DNA of 63,201 nt, counting the filler, from Octopus bimaculoides (lineage: Eukaryota), in NCBI RefSeq assembly GCF_001194135.2. It is 4 parts of 4 records of this genome, joined end to end, with 100 filler letters (N's around TTAATTAATTAA, not from the genome) between each part and the next. Parts side by side here need not be neighbours in the genome. Positions count along the whole stretch, not along the records: positions 35,359 to 52,008 come from NC_068999.1; 3 more parts are not named here. One strand, 5' to 3'. This document shows, one piece after another, positions 39,138-50,121 of this stretch; the first letter of the stretch is position 1; each line of letters begins with the position of its first letter. Under the pieces are notes generated by a model. It had not been told where the DNA came from and did not search any database. It was given only the letters and a program-made list of their open reading frames with translations. Position numbers and translations under genes: made by a program.

Positions 39138-41179
39138 AGCTCTGATGAAAACAGGCTTTCCCTATCATATTTGTTCTCCTTATGCAACAACTTCGCACAG
39201 AAAGCAAGTGTAATTATATCCTTGTGAACAAAGATTTCTCCAAATTTTTAATTTATGTTAACTCTATTTTTGAGTTTTTAAGTTATTTATCTTGTTACCT
39301 GTTATCTGCTAATTATGTAATTGAGCTTTTACAAATAGAAATAAATTAACTCTTTAAATTTTTGCCCTATCAGTTCCAATCCACAAATATTAAATCATTT
39401 ATGTATAAATCTCATAATATATAATACAATATTGTTTCTTTCATATATGTAATGATTTGCTTCAGTGCAGTTGACTATAGAGTTGTATAGAAGTGATTCT
39501 ATTCTGATTTCAAGCCTATTATTCTACATTGGATTTATCTCAAGTCCTGAATTGCACATAAGAATTGATTTCAAGTCTAAGAGCAAATTACAAGAAACAC
39601 ACCTTCTAAGTAAATGTTATTCAGGCATCAGAAATTAATACATAGCAATTTACCATATTTATTCTGGTTTAATATGAACCCATATGTAATGTCCACCACA
39701 AATTTTGGGCTATGAAATCCAAGGTAAAAAATATCCCTGGTGTATGATATATACTGACCTTTCTAAGATGAAGTGTTTATTATAATTGCTGTCTCAAATA
39801 TATCAAGAAAATTCAAGCATACTAAACAAAACAGAAAACATATTGAAAAGTGTTTTATGAATTAAATTTTAACAATTAAAAGTGGCCTAGAAACTTAACT
39901 GGCAAAAATGTGGAATTACTGCCAGCAACTTTCAGCACAGGACAAGACGTAATGCAAAATGTAAAAAGTTTTATTATCAAATGCATTCATTTAGATACTT
40001 TCATTAAATCCATGAGACTTTGTTACAATGAAATAAACACTTATAAACTGATTTTAAATGAACTTTATTAAAAATTGTATTTATAAAATTCATGCAATGG
40101 CTTCATGAGTTAGTTATCACTACCAATTTGCTAGCCAATTTCTGTTCATGAATCACATTTACATGTGGAAATTTTGAGCAATACTATATTTACTTGTATT
40201 CATAGATAGCAGTAAGCTATCCATCAATAGTTGTGAGCTATCTATTAGCTTTTGTTCTCATAGTTATACAAGTAACAAATCTATTCCTACATAATTTACA
40301 TGCACTCATATATCTTTCTCAGACTTCCCACATTGAGATAGTTTAGCGCATCTTGTTTTAGCATTTTCTTGAAAGTTCTTTTTGCTTCCACAAATACCTT
40401 GATTATATGTTACACATAAAATACTCCTTCAACACTAATTTCCACACTCATAATCATATTCAATAATACACAACTCAGAAACAAAGCTCATAACTCATTT
40501 GCTTTCAAATGTTCATGGCTGCTTTTTTTACATCATCCTTCTCTATCAAAAATAGCATGAATTTTTTTAGCATTTCTGCCAACAAAACTGTGTATAAATA
40601 TGAAAGGTTAAGACAATTATGAGCAGTATATGTGCCACATCATAAAACACCTTTGCTCTTGAACCAAATTCGAATTTTCCATAAGCAGTTTTATTTGTTT
40701 CTGTACATGACAACAACTTTGTTTACAATGCCAATACTCATACAGACTGCATAGTGGCATATATTCAATCATTTGTATTTCAAACCTGGAGTAAGGTTCT
40801 GTAGCTAAGATGCCAGTAACTTTTTCTATTTTTTTTAGGTAACTTTATATGAATAAAACATTGTGACTTATCTATGAGTATATACAGTGTTATCATTTGT
40901 TAAAAATATATATATTAGCAACAGAGGCTAATATTACCGAGAGGTAATATTTGTCCCCACTTAAACATGGATATTCCATTAGAACTATGCTGTGCTAGTT
41001 ACCATGAAAGAAACTCTCATATTGGCTTTTGGTGCAAAATGCTAGTAGGGAGATAAATCCCTTCAGTACTGAGACCACCAAATCATGTAATTTCAACCTT
41101 CCTTAGTCTCATCGATAATGGACACGCAACCGCTAGAGATAGCAGCAACTCATCCACCCACAAGCGATATATAGAAAAA

Positions 41180-42140
41180 AGTCACTGGGGTCATGATTAG
41201 CCAGTGAGCTTGTTAAAAAAAAATTTATTTTTATTTTTTTAACATTCTCACTGGCTAATCAGTCCCTTCCTATTCATCATTAGTCCTCCAGGCCATAACA
41301 GAGGAGTACGAAACCAGTTACTACCCATGGAACTCCTTTATGCTGATGACCTTGTTAATATAGCTGAATCTTAGTAGAATTAAAAAAGAAGTTCCAAGTA
41401 TGGAAGTAAAACCTGAAATGAAAGGGCCTCAAAGTTAACTTAGCAAAAACGAAAGCTTTAGTAACTAAGAAAACAGACATATCTGTTTCCATCAGGGAAA
41501 TGGCCTTCTTCATTACATAGAAAAAGAAAAGCTTTGGCATGGCATACCCAATGCAAACCATGGACATACAAGAGATGCAGGGGTATCACAAGCAGGTTAA
41601 GAGAGAATGTAGAGTTCACATGCAGCAGATGCTCAGAAGTAATAAGCAATAAGACCTCATGGAAAATAGACTTTCTCAAGTGTCCTATCTATTTCCTAGG
41701 TGACTTAATTAGCAACAGAGAAGGATGTTCTGTAAGTATAGTTGCTAGAATAAGAACATGCTGGGAAAATGTTTTACAAATCTTTTATTACTGTGGGTAA
41801 TTAAAACTTTCTCTCTGAGAATGAAAGAGTATAAGTATGATGTTTGTGTACAAACAGTAATACTACATGGTAGTGAGAATTGGGCCCTGAATGCAAAGGA
41901 CTTCCAAAGATTAGAAAGAAATGAAGCTAATATGCTTCATTCAATTTGCAACATAAATGAGCATGATGACAAAGTACAAATGTGTTGATAGAAAAATTGG
42001 GCAGAAGAGGAATCAGGTGTAGTGTGAAAGAAAGATTGCACTGGTCTGGGCATATAATGCATATGGGTGAGGACAGCACTATACACAAGTGATGATGGGA
42101 TTTGTGGAAGAGGGAAACCCAAGAACACATGGGACAAAAT
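41180..42140 (+). mobile_element. RTE-clade LINE RT fragment (decayed)
   Basis: PWELLYADDLV, MKGLKVNLAKTKALV, YFLGDLIS, TVILHGSENWAL and GRGKPKNTWD motifs across broken frames. Confidence 0.85.
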
Positions 42141-42369
42141 AAACAAAAATAAACTCTGTTGGTATCTGTTCAACAATCACAATCTACTACCACTGCTACA
42201 TAAACTTCTTAGACACTTTGTCATGAATGGCTATGGGATTACACCTAGAAAGTTCACCTCCAAAGCACAAGTCCAAGAAAGGCTGTTTGTGGAAGACCAG
42301 CAGTCACCCATGCATACTAGTTTCCTCTCTCTATGCCACCAATGTTGTCTAAGGGAAAGGCAAACACCA

Positions 42370-42540
42370 GTAAGTTTGGCACCACTGACATCGCAGCTCA
42401 TTTCTACAGCTGAGTGAACTAGAGCAATGTGAAATAAAGTGTCTTGCTCAAGAACACAACACAGCCTGGTTCAGGAATTGAACTTACAACTTAACAATTA
42501 TAAGCCCAATGCTCTAACCACTGAGCTACGTGCCTTCACT
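42370..42540 (-). mobile_element. tRNA-derived SINE 5' part
   Basis: Reverse complement begins gtgaaggcacgtagctcagtggttagagcatt...gttcaattcctgaacc...gtgttcttgagcaagacac (A/B boxes followed by SINE core). Confidence 0.75.
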
Positions 42541-43999
42541 ACATTGACTTACACAGTTCCAGTAATAAATTCCAGTGACTGTGATGATCCCAGTTAATAA
42601 GTTGAAGGAATCATCAGCATCTCATCCAGAGCATAAGTTGCCACGTGTTGGAAATCCAGCTGTACATCAGCCCTGCAGGAGTGTACATATTACAAAGGAA
42701 ATATGCAAACCACAAAAAAAAAAAATTGAATTTATGAGACATCTAAATTTTAAATATGCTAAGTGTCATGTGCATGATTCTCTCTATTGATGAGGAGGAG
42801 CTACTGCAATGTTATAGTCGTCTATATTATTATCACTTTGAATTATTCTTTGTTTGTATTTCAATGTTCCATGCAGCACCTGTCAAGAAGACAATTCCTT
42901 CACTCAGCTGATCACATCTGCTTGCATCTGGATTTGGAATTTGTCATGGTGTGAGTTCTTTCTAGAGATTCCTGTACAAAATTGTATAATCTTAAAACTT
43001 AACACATAATGTAATATTTCCTCAGTCCACAAAAATTTGATAAAAATTATTTTTCAACTAATTTTTCCAGAACAATTCTTCACTAAGCATCTTTGCCTGT
43101 GTTTTTGAATAAACAATGCAAATTACATTTCTGATTATTTTTAATGCTGTCTAGCATTAAAAATAGCCCTACGTTTTATCTTATATGGTCATGTATGTAT
43201 GAAAATCCCAAATTTCTATCATGTTCTTCATATTTGCTTAATTTTTATTATTATTTTACATACATCTTTTACTTTCTCTTCATCAAATGCTAACATTGAG
43301 ATTGGAATGATTTCAGTACTTTCCAGCAATATCACTTTTCTCAGTAATGCCAAGCAACACTGATGCAACCAAAAAATGTTTGGGATTTTTTAGCCAGCAC
43401 TATAGCATACTTTTTCTTTCATTATCCAGGCAGCAACCTCAAAAGGTGGGACAGAGGACAGTTGTAACCACTCCACCCATTCAGTAACTATTTTGTTTTA
43501 CCATTTGTTCTCTGATGTCAGCTTTGGTTTTTCTCTCATATGCTTCTGCCTTATCCATGAATATTTTCTGCTTCCCTCTTCAAGTTGTGAATCACTGCTC
43601 TACTATTTTTCGTAAATCCAATGTCAGCCAGGTAGAACACTGTATCTAATTATAAATTCCCAACACCCCACTTCTATTGGAACTACTAAACATTATCATC
43701 CTTGTGACTAACACAATTCCCTAAGTACTTCCTATTTCAGGACTTTTTTGTCTGTGACATTCTGTACAACCCTACCAACTCAACAAGGATAAACATGTAT
43801 TAGTAATACTGTTAAATTGCTAATAACTTTTCTTCTCTTCACAGCGATAATTTAAATGGATTAAAAATTATATTCGGTTTATCAATCATATACTGTGAAA
43901 GGGGTGATTTGCACACTGTCAGAATATGTCCAAAGGATGTACAGCCTCCACACTGATGCCAGTGTAACTCAAGCAAATGATGGAAACAAAGTGCACGTT

Positions 44000-46100
44000 G
44001 CCACCATCAGAAATCAGTTGGCTTTATTTTACACGTTCCAGGCGACTTTCCTTGTTCAGCAGTCTTTCACATACATTGGCTTTCCAAGCAACTGTTTTAG
44101 TCTCACATTCCACCTCTTCAAGACGACGAATATTTTTTGGTCACAGTATTTCGCTTGGTTTTCTTATTCTACTGCATTGCAGCAAAGGATATCCTATCCT
44201 TTACCATACGATATTCTACTGCGTTGCCGCAAAGGATTCCCATCTAGTTTCATTTTGTTTTTGTTGCTGATCTTCGAGACAATTTTCTTTATTCCAACGC
44301 TACTATAACAAATTACTATCTTCCGTTTACATTTTAAGTCTTTTATATTGTTATTGATGTAACTTACCATTTCATATTATCTTCAAAGTTATTGGAAGTT
44401 TAACTACAACTACTATTAAGTAGTAGTAACAAAAGGGAACTTTACTTTCTGGCGATTTACTAGGGAAGTGAAATAACTCAATAAGTTCTTTTTTAATTAC
44501 AATTTGTTTTTGTTTTTTTGCGTAAAAAAAGGGGACATAACTAAATGCACCAAAATATGTTAGGTTTGGCTCCAACAAAATCCCATGAAAATTAGCGGCT
44601 TTGATGCTAGTGGACAACCAGTGAAGATAACTTTGATAGGTTTCGTCAAGTATAGGCCCAGACCATGTCTAACTTAATAGCACCACATGAAAGTAATATT
44701 TTTCATCGAAAATATAACCACGGTGAGTGGCACCCTGCCCATTGGGTATTCGGAGGAATATTTGTCTGTTAAATTTATATATATTTTTTTTTTATATTTT
44801 TATGTGACGAGTTAATCACACGAAATATTATATATGGTAATTGTTCAGTTGGTGGAAGTAAAGAATACGTAGACCCGGTGTTTTGGGTTAGGAGTCTTGT
44901 TACGCCGAAAACGGGTGGTGTAGGTATTCTTTACCTCCGCAAATTTATTTTACTACGTTTGACGAAATCGTCGAACTTCTACGTTCTCTTTGTGAAACAT
45001 AAATGAAATCAAAATAAATCTTTGCAGAAATATACGCGACGTTTAAATTTAACCATTTTTTTTCACTCATTCATTTTGTATTTGAGCGTAGACTTTCAAT
45101 CCCTGGTCCCAGAGTTTCTGAACCAACTTCTCACATGTGGATCCACCGAAATTCACTTATTTGGATCGTTTAAAAGATTTACTTTTCACAATTTTTGGTC
45201 ACCAATAGTTAATGTTGATGTTATATACATTTCTATTTTCAAAATTCTAAAATGCGTTTCGTTTGTTAGTTTCCTATTTTAACTCATAAAAACTCCATGC
45301 AACTTACGCAAGAATTACATTCAGAGATCAAAACAATTAATTGGTCACGTAACGCAAATTGCAAAGAATTTCCGTGACTTCAGTGGCCAAATGAAACGTC
45401 TACTTACCATATTATTTAGGTGATATCTGTTTATGTGTTTCTATTGTTTTCAGATATTCTGACAGTAATCTCCAATGGCATAGGCTGCCGTTTTACCTCT
45501 AAAAATACATTTTAAGAAGTACAAGGCCGCACACTGACGGAATTACTACGGTGTACAGCGTTAGATTAGTTTTCAAGAATTCCAAGTCGTCTCCCTTATT
45601 TCAAGAGTGGAATTAGATTCAGTCATTAATTACAAATTCCAGCAACTCAAGATTGTTATTGTTTTTTTAGTTTTATAGGGTAGGGAATTAACAGAACTGT
45701 TTGAGCATTCATATTCCGAGTTCAAATTAGGTCCTCTATCCCTTTTTTTTTTTAAATATATTTATTGAGTTACTTCCCTTCATTTATAATACCTGTTAAT
45801 TACGTTGGACAATTTTTTTTAGATATCAGTTGCATGCGATGTTTTTATTGCTTCTTTCAAATTTGTAATCGGTTTTGCTCACCATGCTCTAGTTTTCTTG
45901 CAATTCGAAAATGAACTTTTTATATTTTGTTGTGTCTGGGGAGAGTCATTTTCTTTTTGTACCATATAATTTAATACACTCACCGGTAAAATTTCCACTT
46001 ATTTCTTATTTTTATTTTCCTAAAATTTTCGTTGCGTCTTGCAACCTTTTCAATAGTGTTGACTCTCTCCGTTATTTACACTGCATTCCTTTCTGTTTGT
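44000..46100 (-). promoter_or_regulatory. CpG-retaining region; candidate promoter/5' exons of the downstream ZNFX1-like gene
   Basis: CpG dinucleotides are visibly frequent here but scarce in the flanks of this segment; minus-strand donor-like sites at 44367 (ATG|gtaagt), ~44934 (gag|gtaaag) and 45407 (ATG|gtaagt). Confidence 0.4.
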
Positions 46101-46182
46101 TTGTGCGCATGTGTGTGGGTTAGTGTGTGTATGTGCCTATGCATGTCTATGTATGTGTGTATGTATGCATGTGTGTGTATGT

Positions 46183-47425
46183 TGGTCACTCAGTCCATTT
46201 ACAACAAGAATACAATGACATAAAAATGGTTATTGGCCAACTAAAATGCCATGAGCACAACTGGACCATTTGTGTAGATTTGAAAATGGTCAATTTCCGC
46301 CTCAGCCAACTGAAAGGTTTCACAAAGTATCCTTGCTATCTCTGCATGTGGGACAGCTGACCTCAAGAGTAACACTGGATTCAGAAGTGGCCCATTTGTG
46401 AGACTCTGGAGGTAGGCATGCCTAATATTGTGAATGATTTAATTGTCAGCTGAGGAAAGATTATTTTCCAACCACTCTATATAAAGCTGAGCTTGATAAA
46501 GCAATTCACTAAGGCATTGAATATTGATGGTGAATGTTTTCCACATATAGTCTCTGCATTTCCTGGGTTATCATTTGAAAAGATCAAAGCAAGTGTGTTT
46601 AACAGAGCTCAGATTCATGCGCTTCTACAGGGTAAGGAGTTTGTAGGAAAAATGAATGACAAGGAAAAAGCAGCATGGCTGTCATTCGTAGCAGTCATAA
46701 AAAATTTTCATGGAAACAGAAAAGCAGACGACTATGAAATTCTTGTAAATAGTATGCATAGTCACCTCAATCAATTCCTTGAAAACCTTGGAGATGTAAG
46801 TGATGAACAAGGTGAGTGCTTCCACCAAGACCACAGGACCATGGAAGAGTGTTATCAAGGGTGATGGAACAAAAACGTGATAGCAGACTACTGCCTGAGC
46901 ATTAAACAACATTTCCCTGAGAATGTCTACAAATGCAAGAGCTCCAAGCATAAATTCTTGTCTGGATAAGATCTATTTGTGTTTTATCTTATATCTTAAT
47001 CAGTTTCTCAACTATGTACACCTATCATTTGTACATAATATATATTTTCAACTGAAAAGCAGATGGCAAAAAAATGGCATATAACATTTATTTTACTCAG
47101 CATCAGAATAAGAAATATTATTTTTATAGCCTAATTCTTATTGTGGTGTAGAAACTCGTACATATGAATAAAGTTAAAATCTCAATGCATAGATATTTGT
47201 TCTTTTCCACTTAGTTTGAAGATAGTATAACTAGAAAGTTATCAGATGGATTATATCATATCTCAGGAAATATTCAAAATTTGGAAAATATATTTTTAAA
47301 AAACCTTAGTTGCAAGAAATCTAGAGCTTACAGAGAAAAACTAACTTCATATTTGAATTCTGCATACTCAAATTAAATAATACCAATTGTTGATATCAAT
47401 GCAACAAAAATTTTATTTGCCAGTG
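46183..47425 (+). mobile_element. Chapaev(3)-like DNA transposon, 3' half with decayed transposase
   Basis: HNWTICVDLKMVNF...GFTKYPCYLCMWDS...PPLYIKLSLIKQFTKAL...EKAAWLSFVAVIKNFHGN...HSHLNQFLENLGDVSDEQGECFHQD...YQG; ends in tttatttgccagtg (rc CACTGGCAAATAAA), a CAC-starting TIR. Superfamily name from recall. Confidence 0.7.
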
Positions 47426-48749
47426 TTGTTTTTACTTAACCAATTATATTTATATAAAACACTAGAGTAGCCATGCCATCATGCTAAACATGGATGGAAC
47501 CTGCAGAAAATGGAGACCTTGAATGAAGTAGTGAAGATCAAATTCAAAATATTGAGCTTGAGAGAGGAGATGAGAAAGTACCAAAAAGAGTGGTGATATG
47601 CTGTGCTAGATATAACCTGTCCATCTCAGCAAAAATGAGATCCTGTCAAATCTAACAGCAGTACAAAGCACTTAGTTTCTGTAAAGGATGCTATCATCCC
47701 CTGACACTTCACATTATTACCGTTATTTTCCCTTATTATCTTCTCCCCTCTTTGACCCACTCATATTTCCTTCCCTTCTTCACCAAACTGGATATTCAAT
47801 GTCCACATCAATCCTCAAGTGTAACCATATCACACTTCAGTGCACTTACCTATGCACTCACCCTCTCTGTTCCTCTATCTCTATTTTCCCTCTCATGTTT
47901 ACTTTGTCAAATGCTTAGAATGAAAAATATTGAGGAATTAAAGAAACAAGCCAGTAATAATGATAATTTTCTTCTTTATTTTAACTGAATATACAAGCAA
48001 ATTTTGTAGGAAAGGAAGTATAGAGGATTCCAGTGTAAAAAATGTACTTATGTAAATGTAACTGTTAAACTACATCTAACACCATGTTTCCTTTTTTTTA
48101 AACGCAAATCTATAAAAAAAATACATGGAAATTATATATATATGCTATTTTAAAAAAAGGAATATAACAAAATATTTCCAAAGTTATTAAGCAAATAGCC
48201 AAGAAAAATGCATTATCTGCTTATTATGCTCATCAATTATTCTTACTTTTAAAAATTTCTTAAACAAGCAAAAAAAGGCTTTTATATTTTTGACACAAAA
48301 TAACCAATTCTTACATTNNNNNNNNNNNNNNNNNNNNNNNNNNNNNNNNNNNNTATATATATAGTTCATAGGCTTAAGAGTGGTTCAGTAAAGAATTTTA
48401 TAGCACTTTCATGGTTTCTTTATTCTAAAAAATTATCTTTCGCTTTATTTTCACAACCAAAGTGCAACTGGATTTGGTTAGTTAAAGTGTTCATAGATAT
48501 TTTGTATTGAAATTAGAGTAACGGTTAGTTTTGGTTTAACAAGTTTATATGCATATTTTCAGTTAGGTTTGAACTGTGGTTAAGTTATTACAGGTAAAAC
48601 AATACAAAGAGAAAGCAGCGTGGTCAATTGCTCAAATATATTGTTATGAAAGAAATAATAATTAAAAGAATGTTTAGATTTGCTTACAACTTGAATAGAT
48701 AACAATTTCATTTTTCAAACATATAGAACACTGTATATTTCAATAAACT

Positions 48750-48780
48750 TTTATTAGATCTTGTAGAAATAGTATTTATT
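48750..48780 (-). terminator. candidate polyadenylation signals (AATAAA x2) of ZNFX1
   Basis: tttatt at 48750-48755 and 48775-48780, just downstream of the stop codon at 48794. Confidence 0.4.
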
Positions 48781-48793
48781 GAACAAAATCTTT

Positions 48794-48975
48794 TTACTGA
48801 ATCAAATTCAAATTAGCAGCATCAGACCAAGCAGCGTACTCTGCACCATCCATTTCGTTAGCCAATGTATTACTTGCTAATAACTGATGAGACGTTCCTC
48901 CTATCTCGCATTTACACTCAGGACAAGTGCTTGTCACTACAGCACCTCCACAGTCTCCGATAGCATAAATATGAC
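48794..48975 (-). CDS. ZNFX1: ZNFX1 last exon (C-terminal half of RZ-type zinc finger)
   Basis: Acceptor ttgtttcag| at 48976, phase-compatible with the previous exon; joined sequence KGHWFKCKNG|HIYAIGDCGGAVVTSTCPECKCEIGGTSHQLLASNTLANEMDGAEYAAWSDAAN closely matches the ZNFX1 C-terminus; TAA ends at 48794. Confidence 0.93.
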
Positions 48976-50121
48976 CTGAAACAAAACTATTAATGTTAAT
49001 AGAAGCATAAGAGGAAGTTTCTTTAGTGAAAATTGTAAAGATATGAAATGATTTTAATAATTGTAAAAGAAACACTAAGTTTGCTGATATTCTGAAATTT
49101 TTTTTTCTTCTTCTTTATTTGACAGGAATAGCAGCCAAATCTCCCTCATATATCACCCCACTGCCTTGAAAAAAAAAAGTGGTGTCAGTGGATAATGAAG
49201 GGATGCTCATGATGGAGAGCATCTAATTTGGTTTGCTAGATCAAGGCTATCCTAGGGATAAACAACAATAAGAATATTCAGCATAAAAATGTCGGAATGT
49301 TGACCAGTTAGCTAATTTGAAGGACAAGGCTTGGGGAGGTGTTATTGTTCAGCAAGACAATGATTTTCAAAATAACAAATGCCATTCACCATCTCAAATA
49401 TTAATGTAATTTTTGCTCAACCCTATTAATGAAATGAAAAAATAGTTTGTATTCATGTGATTCTTTTTTAGTTTTTGAGCTTTTGGAAATACTAAAACAT
49501 TTAAAACCTAATTTTATTACACATTTGAAATTTCACAGCTTCCATCCCACCATAAGATGACTGCAGAACATTATGTGTTGCCTTAATTAAGCAGTAATCA
49601 AGCAATTCATTGGACATAGAAGAGATTACTATTGATAAAGTGGTGGGTTTGGAATTGAGAGATGAAGGATATTTGAAATGGTAGAGTAAGTGTGTTAAGA
49701 ATACATATAGATGTGGTTTCAAACTGGTTGAGAATAAGAAGCTATTTCGGCTCTTTTCAAACAGCTATGATGTCATGGGAGTGCAAAAACCAAGACTTTA
49801 TATCAACTACGACAATGATTTCAAATGAGAGAACTACATATATGGTTGCTCAACTTGTTAGATACAGTTACCAAATTTCTCCTTATTTCCTTAAAAAAGA
49901 GAAAGACACATTGGATAATGTAGTCTCGTTATTAGATGTTGTGGGCATTGTATGGATTCCGACAGGGGTACATGAATAGGAAATCACAAGGACATCACAC
50001 TATTGAAAGTGTCAGAATGTGTTATATCAAAAATAATAGAAGTAATGATAAACTCCATGAGATTTTACTATCGTAACTAAACTGAATTATTTGCAAACAA
50101 GTTATTTTAACATTTACTTAC

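Noticed and set aside
40505-40587. Possible terminal exon FVGRNAKKFMLFLIEKDDVKKAAMNI* of a small gene between the ZNFX1 copies
   Set aside because: Only 27 codons, no homology and no linkable upstream coding exon; the candidate at 42870-42971 has stops in all frames.
44165-44241. 47-bp-period imperfect duplication (tattctactgc(a/g)ttgc(a/c)gcaaaggat)
   Set aside because: Two copies only, no supportable function; probably a local duplication.
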